A stretch of DNA of 28,357 nt from a virus (lineage: Duplodnaviria; Caudoviricetes), in the IMG/VR virus record IMGVR_UViG_3300010366_000050, positions 1-28,357 of that record; one strand, written 5' to 3'. Position 1 is the first letter of the stretch. Each line of letters starts with the position of its first letter. A model generated the notes under the pieces. That model worked only from the letters and a program-made list of their open reading frames with translations. It did no database searches and had not been told where the DNA came from. Shown here piece after piece: positions 8,515-16,250 of this stretch. Both the position numbers and the translations under genes were made by a program.

Positions 8515-8841
8515 CTAGGCGAGCACCTCCACGATGGTCTGCCAGTCCGACGGACGCCACACGAACGTCTCGATGCCCGGACACTGCTCGAGGTCGGCGA
8601 TCGCGGATTTCTGCGCCGGCGATAACCGCCCGTGCTCAGACTTCAGTTCGGCGAAGATGATCCGCGGCGCGCGCACCAGGATCAGGTCGGGCATGCCGGA
8701 CTGGGTGCCGATGCTGTCGAGTTGGTGCCACCTCCACTTCCACCCGCTCAGCGCCGCGCGCTGTCGGATGCGCCACATGAAGTGCTTTTCCGACTCATCT
8801 CCGATGAGCTCGGAGTGGGTGAGCGTTCGGTTTATGCCCAC
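8515..8841 (-). CDS. VRR-NUC family nuclease (resolvase-like)
   Basis: SEKHF..GMPDLILV..IFAELKSEHGRLSPAQ..VWRPSDW PD-(D/E)xK motif; start likely GTG 8841. Confidence 0.9.
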   Translation of the reverse strand: MGINRTLTHSELIGDESEKHFMWRIRQRAALSGWKWRWHQLDSIGTQSGMPDLILVRAPRIIFAELKSEHGRLSPAQKSAIADLEQCPGIETFVWRPSDWQTIVEVLA

Positions 8842-9050
8842 GCGTACCGCGCGACCTCCATCCGGTAGCGGAATGTCGACATGGGCCGCTGGCCCAGCTT
8901 CATGCGGCCGTGCCAGTACACGCGCAACGCCTGGCTGGTCCGTTGAAACTCCTGACGGGTGGTGTCGCACGCCGACGTGCATTCCGCGGGTTCCTCCGGA
9001 TGCACCGGGCAGAACCAGCGCACGGGATGCCGCACGCGCTGATGCTTCAC
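8832..9050 (-). CDS. Hypothetical protein
   Basis: 72 aa, GTGA overlap with the recombinase stop; CPVH..C..C. Confidence 0.5.
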   Translation of the reverse strand: MKHQRVRHPVRWFCPVHPEEPAECTSACDTTRQEFQRTSQALRVYWHGRMKLGQRPMSTFRYRMEVARYAWA

Positions 9051-9799
9051 CGCTTGCCGACCGCCTCCGCTTCACGCTCGCGTTGCATGATGTCCTTCAG
9101 CACCTGCGAGCCGTACTCGCGCAGGTCGTTGCGATCCATCGGCAGCGTGATCTGCTGCGGGTTCAGGCCGACGGACTGCGCGCGTGAAAGGACCTTGAGC
9201 CAGTTCTGCCAGATCTGCTCGTCCGCCGAGCGCACCAGGTCGTGGTCCTCCGCCGGCGCCGCGTCTTTGATCGGCTCGAACCCCTCCTCGACCTCGCCGC
9301 TCTCGACATTCACGCGGTACGCGCCAGGAATGGAATCGACCTCGGTGTCGTCGGTGATACCCAGCCCGCACAGGCTCAGCGTCACCCGCCGCTTGGCTTT
9401 GGTCTCGGCACGCATCATCGCGTTGGCCAGCGATTCGCCCTTCAGCCCACCCGTCGCCACCGCGCCAATCGACGAGTCGCTGCGCCCATCCGGCGCCGTC
9501 GCCGTCGCTGTCACCACGAGCAGCTCGCCCAGTTGCTGCCGCTCGAGCCGCGTCACGCTGATCTTGTGAATCTTGCGTAACTGGTCCGTACAATCGCGCC
9601 GCGCGTACAGGACAAGCTTGCCATTCAGCCGCAGGTAATCGAACGGCTTGGTGTACGGGTTCAGCCCGAGCGAGTTGCAGACGTGCAGGTAGTAGCTGAC
9701 ACGCGCCTCGTCGTCGAGTCCGGACAGGTCGCCATCGACCAGTGCCTGCTCGATGCTGGTGGCCTGGGTCTGGTTCGGTTTCGCGAGGGGTTGGGTCAC
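9047..9799 (-). CDS. Single-strand annealing recombinase, Red-beta/RecT-like
   Basis: YYLHVCNSLGLNPYTKPF and NAMMRAETKAKRRVTLSLCGLG motifs; GGAGG RBS. Confidence 0.75.
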   Translation of the reverse strand: MTQPLAKPNQTQATSIEQALVDGDLSGLDDEARVSYYLHVCNSLGLNPYTKPFDYLRLNGKLVLYARRDCTDQLRKIHKISVTRLERQQLGELLVVTATATAPDGRSDSSIGAVATGGLKGESLANAMMRAETKAKRRVTLSLCGLGITDDTEVDSIPGAYRVNVESGEVEEGFEPIKDAAPAEDHDLVRSADEQIWQNWLKVLSRAQSVGLNPQQITLPMDRNDLREYGSQVLKDIMQREREAEAVGKR

Positions 9800-10551
9800 T
9801 TTTGTTCCTCCAGATCATCAAACAATTTGCCCTGTATCGGTTCGTCCCGAAGACCCTGCACCACGGAAATGACAAGCCACGCCGTGCGATGCTGATTCAT
9901 GTTGCCCACGACAAGCGAACTGCGAGCACTCAGGTGAAGCGCAGCCGCTAACTCGTTACGTCGCTCATCGCCGTATTTCCTGAGAAACTCGAAGCATCCC
10001 CAATCGCGCAGCATCAATTTGTGAAACTCGGAGTCATCCCAGAACTCCAGTCGCGGCGTGAATGCAAATCGCTGCTGCGACTCCCGTACCAACAATTGGT
10101 CATCGAATAAAGCCAACCGCGGAGCCTCTGGGGAATCGGGATTGAAGGTAAATCTGAGATGCGGCGTTTGCTGCGGGTGAATAACAGCCAGCGACATCCG
10201 ACGCTCATTTGCGACGGCGATGCTCGGCACGACGTACTTCTTGAGCAATGCCGCCCGCTCTCGCCGCGTTATTTCGCCCGTCTTGTGAAACGTCAGATTG
10301 ATCGCTTCGTGCACTCCCAGCCGTCGATCACCCGCCAGCTTCCACGATTCACGCCGGCTATCTCTCGGATTTCGCTCGAGTTGAACGCGATTGACTGTCC
10401 ACCGCTCTGGTGCATATCGGCGTGCAAGGGGATAGATACGCATCAAGCTGTCGAGTTCGCGCGACACCCCCGCCGAACACACGAAAATACGCCCGTCTGA
10501 ATTGGGTTCAGGAACAGTTGTGCCGAGCATCACGAAGTCCTCAATGACCAT
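9796..10551 (-). CDS. Conserved hypothetical protein (VCSAG...RIYP...DSRRES type)
   Basis: 251 aa, AAGGAG RBS, coupled to the DUF4326 gene; more A/T-ending codons than neighbours. Confidence 0.7.
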   Translation of the reverse strand: MVIEDFVMLGTTVPEPNSDGRIFVCSAGVSRELDSLMRIYPLARRYAPERWTVNRVQLERNPRDSRRESWKLAGDRRLGVHEAINLTFHKTGEITRRERAALLKKYVVPSIAVANERRMSLAVIHPQQTPHLRFTFNPDSPEAPRLALFDDQLLVRESQQRFAFTPRLEFWDDSEFHKLMLRDWGCFEFLRKYGDERRNELAAALHLSARSSLVVGNMNQHRTAWLVISVVQGLRDEPIQGKLFDDLEEQK

Positions 10552-11260
10552 CTGTCTCCTTGAGCAGGCCCATCAGCAGCCCAGCATGCGAGGGCATCGA
10601 TTCCTGGATGAGAAGCCCCTCGAGGTGGTCAAGCAAGATGTCGCCATGGCAGGGCTCAGGTGCGCACCAGCACGCGAGCGCCTTACCTTCCAGGTCGCCG
10701 ATTCGCATGAGCAGGCTCGGCTTGAACTCAAGATAATGATCACGGTAGTTCGCGATGACGGTTTCACGGTCGCCATCGTCATCGAGCAAGTAAGGATTTC
10801 CCCAGATTGAGTTGCGATCGATTCGCTCGAGCCGTCCTGTCTCTTTTGCCCATGCAATCAGGCGCGGATGCGAACGGAAATTGACGACGACCGCGAGCCC
10901 CTCCTCAAGGACCCCCCGCAGTCTCTTCTCGTCATCGGTCCAGTCCCCAGGAACATCAACCTGCTCAGTGCGCAGCGCCTTATCGACCGCAGCAATCGCC
11001 CCACGGAGACTGATGCCTGGATCCAAAACGGACACGCGTGTCCCATTTCGAGCCAGTGTCATCAAGCGTCGTGCATGCCGCGGCGTATAGCGACATTCCT
11101 CAGCGAGCCAGTCCATGAACTCACCGTGTCGCACGAGGGACCTCGCGGTGAGAAGATGCTCGCCGATAGCGACCTGAATCTCAATTGGACGACGTTGGGC
11201 GGCTCGAGCCTCATCCTCAAGAAGACGGATCTCTTCGGCCAGCGCGATGAGATTCGTCAC
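10541..11260 (-). CDS. DUF3102-DUF4326 fusion protein
   Basis: N-term IGEHLLTARSLVRHGEFMDWL; C-term IDRNSIWGNPY...LEGKALACWCAPEPCHGDIL. Confidence 0.85.
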   Translation of the reverse strand: MTNLIALAEEIRLLEDEARAAQRRPIEIQVAIGEHLLTARSLVRHGEFMDWLAEECRYTPRHARRLMTLARNGTRVSVLDPGISLRGAIAAVDKALRTEQVDVPGDWTDDEKRLRGVLEEGLAVVVNFRSHPRLIAWAKETGRLERIDRNSIWGNPYLLDDDGDRETVIANYRDHYLEFKPSLLMRIGDLEGKALACWCAPEPCHGDILLDHLEGLLIQESMPSHAGLLMGLLKETDGH

Positions 11261-11382
11261 TCCGGTCGCACCTCCGGTGGCCGCGAGTGTTCATTCGCCC
11301 GCTTCATCGCGCGAGTCTGAATTTCCAAACAAGGCCAGCGGCACAGGCACGTGTCACACACATAGCCGTCGCGAAGTTTCAC
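11257..11382 (-). CDS. Small zinc-finger protein (41 aa), not in ORF track
   Basis: MKLRDGYVCDTCLCRWPCLEIQ...; GTGA overlaps at both ends. Confidence 0.5.
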   Translation of the reverse strand: MKLRDGYVCDTCLCRWPCLEIQTRAMKRANEHSRPPEVRPE

Positions 11383-11453
11383 CGCGCGGTGGTCGCCAGG
11401 AACGCCACCACCAGGATGGCGAGTGCGATCAACAAAACAGCACGAGTGTCCAT
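11379..11453 (-). CDS. 24-aa single-TM microprotein
   Basis: MDTRAVLLIALAILVVAFLATTAR fills the gap, and its stop overlaps the next start. Confidence 0.4.
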   Translation of the reverse strand: MDTRAVLLIALAILVVAFLATTAR

Positions 11454-11458
11454 GGCAC

Positions 11459-11959
11459 TCAACACAGCCCCATACGCACCGGCGTCCACTCGCGGGCGCG
11501 ACCCTGGGCTAACATCCAGGCCGCCGCCGCTCGTGCCGCGGACGGGTCGAAGACCGAGAGTCCCTGGCGGCCCTGCGGCGTCGACTTCCACGTCGACGGC
11601 AAAAATTGAAGCAAGCCCGCGGCGCCGCTCGAGCGGTTCACGGCGGTGGGGCTGCCGCCCGACTCGTAGTGAACCAGGCACTCGATGCGGCGGGCGAGTG
11701 CCGCCGACACGCCGGCTGGTGAGCCCGGCGTATCGACGGCCTGGCTGGGCGGTGACGGGGGAAGTTCGCCCATGGTCTGTAAGAGGTACTGCCGCGGCGG
11801 CACGCCCACCGTGGCCGCCGCGGCGCGCAACTGCTCCGGATCTTTGCCAGAGTCGGCGGCCAGTTGGGTGACGTCGTCCTCCGACGCCAGCGCGGCCTTC
11901 ACTACCGAGAGCAATGACATCGCCACGAGCGTCGCCAGCACCACCCGCCTCATAGGCAT
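11459..11959 (-). CDS. Secreted lytic transglycosylase / Rpf-like protein
   Basis: Signal peptide MRRVVLATLVAMSLLSVVKAALA; CLVHYESGG..AVN..GAAGLLQFLPSTW lysozyme-like motif. Confidence 0.8.
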   Translation of the reverse strand: MPMRRVVLATLVAMSLLSVVKAALASEDDVTQLAADSGKDPEQLRAAAATVGVPPRQYLLQTMGELPPSPPSQAVDTPGSPAGVSAALARRIECLVHYESGGSPTAVNRSSGAAGLLQFLPSTWKSTPQGRQGLSVFDPSAARAAAAWMLAQGRAREWTPVRMGLC

Positions 11960-12219
11960 CAGTACGGCAGATCCTCGTCGTCCGCTGGCACCGTGACCGC
12001 CGTCGTCGGCACATCCGACGGCGTCACCGCGTCCCGTACGCGCCACGCCGGCGACCTCGCCAACTCGGCATGCACCAAGAAACGCGCGTGCTCCATTGCT
12101 ATAGCCATCGGATCGAGTTCGCCGTAGGTCGTGGTCTCGCTCACTTCGAGCAGTACCTCAGCCGATTCGGTGCCGTAGTTGCCGTCGCTGACCTGTTTCC
12201 GAAATATCACGTGGCTCAT
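11959..12219 (-). CDS. Hypothetical protein with acidic SSB-like tail (DDEDLPY)
   Basis: MSHVIFRKQVSDGNYGTESAEV; coupled overlaps; GGAAGG RBS. Confidence 0.65.
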   Translation of the reverse strand: MSHVIFRKQVSDGNYGTESAEVLLEVSETTTYGELDPMAIAMEHARFLVHAELARSPAWRVRDAVTPSDVPTTAVTVPADDEDLPY

Positions 12220-12401
12220 GCGTCCGCCTTCCCACCCAAGCAATCGTGGCGACGGTTGGGCACGAGTTCGTCATGCTCTTTACACAGGAAGCGGTCACAT
12301 AAAACGCACCAGGTCTCGACGGCCCGATGGCAGTCGCCCTGCTCGCACACGTCGGGCACGTCCCGCTCGTCCGGGATCAGCGGCAACACCCCGTGGCTCA
12401 T
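12216..12401 (-). CDS. B-box-like zinc-finger protein
   Basis: CEQGDC..WCVLCDRFLCKEH..HDC. Confidence 0.6.
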   Translation of the reverse strand: MSHGVLPLIPDERDVPDVCEQGDCHRAVETWCVLCDRFLCKEHDELVPNRRHDCLGGKADA

Positions 12402-12544
12402 ATGCCGTTCCTAAACCACACCAGGACCTCGGCCGCCGTCAGCAGGAACGCGCACGCCAGCACCACCCGCAGCAGCAGCACGCGCGACCGCTGGCGCTCG
12501 TGCCAGGCCGCGTGGTCATGCAAGAACTCGTCGTCAGCCCGCAT
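12398..12544 (-). CDS. Small membrane protein (48 aa), not in ORF track
   Basis: MRADDEFLHDHAAWHERQRSRVLLLRVVLACAFLLTAAEVLVWFRNGI; overlaps at both ends; GGAGG RBS. Confidence 0.55.
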   Translation of the reverse strand: MRADDEFLHDHAAWHERQRSRVLLLRVVLACAFLLTAAEVLVWFRNGI

Positions 12545-12804
12545 CAGAACGCGGCCTCCTCTCGACTACGGAAGAACTGCTCGCGGTCGGCGTCCCACTG
12601 CATGCTCTGCAGCACTTCGGTCAGCCGCGCGAGCCGCTCGGGCAAGCCGGCGAAGTCGGCGCTCAGCGCGAAGCCATCACGCACGCCCGCTTCGTGGCCA
12701 CGCTCCCACGCCTCGCGCACCAGCGGGTCATCCAGGACGGACACGTCAGTGCTCTGGCGCTTGCGGACACTGCCGCGCCACGCGAAGAACGGATCCCCAC
12801 TCAC
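12544..12804 (-). CDS. Hypothetical protein
   Basis: 86 aa, GTGA overlap with the upstream Arc-like gene. Confidence 0.6.
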   Translation of the reverse strand: MSGDPFFAWRGSVRKRQSTDVSVLDDPLVREAWERGHEAGVRDGFALSADFAGLPERLARLTEVLQSMQWDADREQFFRSREEAAF

Positions 12805-12974
12805 GCGACCCGCTCCGTCTCCACCTCCGGGCAGGCGCGCTCGAGCAGAATGGCGGCCTGGTCGCGCCAGCCGCGCCGCTCGAGGGCGGCGAGGCGTTCG
12901 ATCGCTTTCCAGACACGCCGCGGCGCGTAGATGAGCTTCGCTTCAACTTGCTCGTGCGGGTCCAGCTCGGTCAC
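12801..12974 (-). CDS. Arc/Mnt-like ribbon-helix-helix regulator (57 aa), first gene of the leftward operon; not in ORF track
   Basis: MTELDPHEQVEAKLIYAPRRVWKAIERLAALERRGWRDQAAILLERACPEVETERVA; strand-P-helix-RR-helix pattern; GTG 6 nt after CAGACT. Confidence 0.6.
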   Translation of the reverse strand: MTELDPHEQVEAKLIYAPRRVWKAIERLAALERRGWRDQAAILLERACPEVETERVA

Positions 12975-12997
12975 GCGACCAGTCTGGAGGACGCGAG

Positions 12998-13029
12998 CGT
13001 CAAGCTAACAGTGCCGGAATGCGTCCAAT
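12998..13029 (-). repeat. Left copy of 32-bp inverted repeat (promoter-proximal box)
   Basis: cgtcaagctaacagtgccggaatgcgtccaat matches the reverse complement of 14316-14347 at 31/32. Confidence 0.95.
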
Positions 13030-13140
13030 GATGGCCGCGTGCCGGGCACCGCATGTTACTCTAGCGACACAGCGATCGCACCTGAGATGCACGCTAGGGT
13101 GCCTGTTCTGACGCCAGCGTCGTACGCCAATCTGACGGCG

Positions 13141-13350
13141 GTGCTCGTGCCGGGACTCAGAGCCGCGCGTCTCGAGCGAGCCCTCTCGCAAGAGTTGCTC
13201 GCCGAGCGCGCCGGCCTTGGCCGCAGGACGGTCAGCCGCGGCGAGAGTGGGCTGAACATCCGCGTGAGCAGCGTGCGCCGCCTGGCCGCTGCGCTGCGCG
13301 TCGCACCGCGACGCCTGCTGCAAGCGCCCACACCCAGCCCGAGCCACTAG
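13141..13350 (+). CDS. XRE/Cro-CI family HTH regulator
   Basis: LRAARLERALSQELLAERAGLGRRTVSRGESG..VRRLAAALRV; probable leaderless GTG 7 nt after CAATCT (longer starts possible). Confidence 0.85.
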   Translation: MLVPGLRAARLERALSQELLAERAGLGRRTVSRGESGLNIRVSSVRRLAAALRVAPRRLLQAPTPSPSH

Positions 13351-13563
13351 TGTCGTGCCGGCGTTTCTTTACAGTCCCTTCATACCGCGATAACTTGACT
13401 CATTCCTTGTCTTTTCTTTGGACGCTCCACTGCGGCACGGTAGCGTGAGGCCCGGCCACCTGCCGGTCGCCAGTACGACAGTCTTCCTCGGCTAGAAACC
13501 AGGCAGCCAACCCCTGGCGACGATCCGGGATTGGGGGTTTGGTTGGTGACAGGTAAGCCATCC

Positions 13564-14313
13564 ATGACGATCGAAGAATTGCTCGACCGCTACGAGTTGT
13601 ATGAGGCCACGCGGCGCGCCAGGCATGTCGTGCATCCCTCCAAAGCCGGCTTCGTTGACGGCTTCCCGGATGTCGGGCTGGGCAAGTCGAAACAGGCGCT
13701 GTACGACTACCTCAAGCGCTTCAACCTGCCCTGGCCCTTCCTGCCCGAAGATCCGACCGCGCTCGTCTTTGTCATCTTCGGCCAACCACCTTTCGACCTG
13801 ACCTGGGTCAGCCAATCCGTCGCCGACGCGCTCGGCTGCGACCGCGCGGACCTGGTCAATCACGACTCGATCCAGGCACTGCGTGCCGGCCGTCGCTGGA
13901 GTGACGCCAAACTTGCGCGGGTCCGTCGCCTGCGTGACGATCCGTCACTCGAGACCCTCTGCATCGAGCGCACCCATCTGGTCACCGCCGAGCGGCTGCA
14001 CCTGCCCGTCCGTCTGGAAGTCTGCTACACCGGCGCGCAGACCGACCGTTTCTACTTCAGGGGCGAGGTGCTCGGCGCGGCGTACGCCGCCCGCCAGCAG
14101 CCCGAGCTGTTCAATGTCTATCCGGACTTCGTCTATGAGATGCAGCCCCGCGACAGGACCGACCACCTGACCGAGCTCCACCAGGTCCCAGGGTACGAAG
14201 GCGCGCTGATCGCGCAGTTCACCCGTCTGCGCAACGACCCGGACTATCTGCGGAGTTTCATCGACAAGGCGATTGGCACCTATCGCCCGCCGGACCGGCT
14301 CGCCAGCGACTGA
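13564..14313 (+). CDS. Putative regulator with Fis-like HTH and PAS-like domain
   Basis: GLGKSKQALYDYLKRFNL resembles a Fis-type recognition helix; LTWVSQSVADALGCDRADLVNH and LVTAERLHLPVRLEV resemble PAS/PAC elements. Confidence 0.55.
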   Translation: MTIEELLDRYELYEATRRARHVVHPSKAGFVDGFPDVGLGKSKQALYDYLKRFNLPWPFLPEDPTALVFVIFGQPPFDLTWVSQSVADALGCDRADLVNHDSIQALRAGRRWSDAKLARVRRLRDDPSLETLCIERTHLVTAERLHLPVRLEVCYTGAQTDRFYFRGEVLGAAYAARQQPELFNVYPDFVYEMQPRDRTDHLTELHQVPGYEGALIAQFTRLRNDPDYLRSFIDKAIGTYRPPDRLASD

Positions 14314-14315
14314 AG

Positions 14316-14347
14316 ATTGGACGCATTCCGGCACTGTTACCTTGACG
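14316..14347 (+). repeat. Right copy of 32-bp inverted repeat
   Basis: attggacgcattccggcactgttaccttgacg, followed after 11 nt by CAGACT exactly as for the left copy. Confidence 0.95.
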
Positions 14348-14371
14348 GTCATACGCCGCAGACTCGTGCAC

Positions 14372-14551
14372 ATGCCCCCCGAGCCCGCACCGGACCCGCC
14401 GCGGCAAGCCGACGTTGAGTATGTCAGTCACTACGCCACCGAGGACGATCGCGTCTGCATCCAGGCCCTCTTGCTTCTTGCTGGCTATGGCGCCGCGCTC
14501 ACGCCGCCACCAGCCCGTCCGCTCCGACCAGCAGGCGATACAGCAGCGTGA
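14372..14551 (+). CDS. Small protein convergent with and overlapping the integrase 3' end; RDF candidate
   Basis: ATG 7 nt after CAGACT; MPPEPAPDPPRQADVEYVSHYATEDDRVCIQALLLLAGY...DTAA; function inferred only from context. Confidence 0.5.
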   Translation: MPPEPAPDPPRQADVEYVSHYATEDDRVCIQALLLLAGYGAALTPPPARPLRPAGDTAA

Positions 14552-16208
14552 TTGCATTGTTGTCACTAGTGGTGCCGTTAGTGGCAACAATGGCGGTGCT
14601 GCTACGCTCGCCGAAGTAGAAGTCGACGTCGATCGTGGCGTGCTTACGCCGCCGACCGTCCCTGTTCGCGCCCACGATCTCGGTGGTGACCACGATCCTC
14701 GCCACCAGGCGGGTGATGACCTGCCGCTTGCGCTCAACGTCGTTGGTTCGCGAAATCTCGTCGACGCTTTCCTGGACCTGCCGCAGCATCGTAGCCGCGC
14801 TGGTGAGCGCCCGCTCTTGCTCTTCGGCCAGCTCGCGTTCGTTGCGCATGCTGTCCAACTGAGCGCGCAGGGCCGCGGCTTCGGCGGTAATCACTTCGAG
14901 GTCCTCTTGCAATTCCGCAAACGTGATGAGCCCGCGGCGATTCTGCTCACGCGCGACCCTGCGCTCGCCCTCCTTCGCCGCGAGCGCACGGCGCAGCTCG
15001 GCCTCGTGCCGGGCGCGCTCCGCGACGGTGCCTAGACGCCTGCGCAGCTCGGCCTGGGCCATGCCGAGCGTCTGCTGCGGGTCAGCCGCGAAGTCCTTGA
15101 TCTTCGACCAGACGTAGTCCTCGAGCGGCAGTGCGTAGACCTGTTTCCCGATACACCGGTCCGCCGCATTGGGGTTGATGGTGCCGATCTGCGCGTTGCA
15201 GCGGTAATAGCCAACAGGAAAGCCGCGGGTGTGGTTGTACGTGTGGGCGTAGCCAGCGCCACAATTGCCACACCGCATCAGGCCGCGCAGCAGGTGCGTC
15301 TCGCGGGCGTTGCGTTGGCTGAGCGCCTTGTTGCGCTGCATGTTGCGATTGGCGAGCGCCCACGTTTGTTCGTCAACCAGCGCCGGCACCTCCCGGCGGA
15401 TCGTGCCCAACTTCGACTTGAACACATGCGTGCCCTTGTAGATTGGGTTCATGACCATTTGCCGAATCCGCGAAGGCAGCCAGGTCTTGCCGCGGTCCAC
15501 GACCTTGCCATTACCGTAGCGGCGCGCGGTGGAAACGCCGAGTGCGTTCAGGCGACGTGCCTCCGAGATCGTCGATGCGCCGTCGTACGCGAGGCGGTGA
15601 AAGACGCTCGCCGCGAGCTCGACCTCGACGAATTCGCCAGTCTTGCGCTCGCTAGGAATCAGGAAGCCCGAGCCTTTAGCCGCGGGCTCGATGTCATAAC
15701 CGAAGTTGACGGGGCCGCACGTCCAGTGCGAGCTGCGCACCTTCCGGTCGCGGCCTTTGGTCATTTCCTGCAGGATCGTCGCGCGGTGCAGGCGGGCCAC
15801 GCTGGCATGCATGTCGCGGACGAACTCGCCCTGGGGGCTGCTGTCGAATTGTTCGACCAGTGAAATCAGGGTGCAGTTGAGCGTGGCCAATGTCCGCATG
15901 GCGCAGGCATACACCCAGACGTCGCCGCGGGTGATGCGGCTCATGCGCGTGATGACCAGGACCGGGTTCAGGTTCGACATCGCCTGAATCGCATGGATCA
16001 TCTCCGTCGCTGCGGGCCGGTCTTCGAGCAGCAGCGTGCCGCTGGCGGGATCGTCCCAGAATTCGCCAGCGACCCATGGGTGGTGCTGGTCCTGCCAGTT
16101 GCGCAGGTCGAATTGCTGCGATTCGATCGTGCCGTCCTCGGCCTGATCGTCCGAGCTGACGCGCCCGTAGAAGAAGTGCGGGCGTTCCTCAAGCGGTACA
16201 CTGTGCAT
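14499..16208 (-). CDS. int: Large serine recombinase (integrase)
   Basis: YGRVSSDDQ catalytic Ser, SRITR, recombinase domain (FGY..NPIYKG), zinc ribbon LLRGLMRCGNCG..YYRC, coiled coil. Confidence 0.95.
   Translation of the reverse strand: MHSVPLEERPHFFYGRVSSDDQAEDGTIESQQFDLRNWQDQHHPWVAGEFWDDPASGTLLLEDRPAATEMIHAIQAMSNLNPVLVITRMSRITRGDVWVYACAMRTLATLNCTLISLVEQFDSSPQGEFVRDMHASVARLHRATILQEMTKGRDRKVRSSHWTCGPVNFGYDIEPAAKGSGFLIPSERKTGEFVEVELAASVFHRLAYDGASTISEARRLNALGVSTARRYGNGKVVDRGKTWLPSRIRQMVMNPIYKGTHVFKSKLGTIRREVPALVDEQTWALANRNMQRNKALSQRNARETHLLRGLMRCGNCGAGYAHTYNHTRGFPVGYYRCNAQIGTINPNAADRCIGKQVYALPLEDYVWSKIKDFAADPQQTLGMAQAELRRRLGTVAERARHEAELRRALAAKEGERRVAREQNRRGLITFAELQEDLEVITAEAAALRAQLDSMRNERELAEEQERALTSAATMLRQVQESVDEISRTNDVERKRQVITRLVARIVVTTEIVGANRDGRRRKHATIDVDFYFGERSSTAIVATNGTTSDNNAITLLYRLLVGADGLVAA
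14555..14592. other. 38-bp imperfect palindrome; candidate attP (or terminator of 14372..14551)
   Basis: cattgttgtcactagtgg-TG-ccgttagtggcaacaatg, 15/18 symmetric around a central dinucleotide. Confidence 0.45.
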
Positions 16209-16250
16209 TGCGGATCAATTCCTCTTTCCTACACTGCGGTTGATCTGCGC

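Noticed and set aside
12998-14347. Transposon/IS defined by 32-bp terminal inverted repeats
   Set aside because: No transposase inside, no target-site duplication (flanks gcgag / gtcat), and similarity resumes outside the repeats at the CAGACT boxes, which fits promoters better
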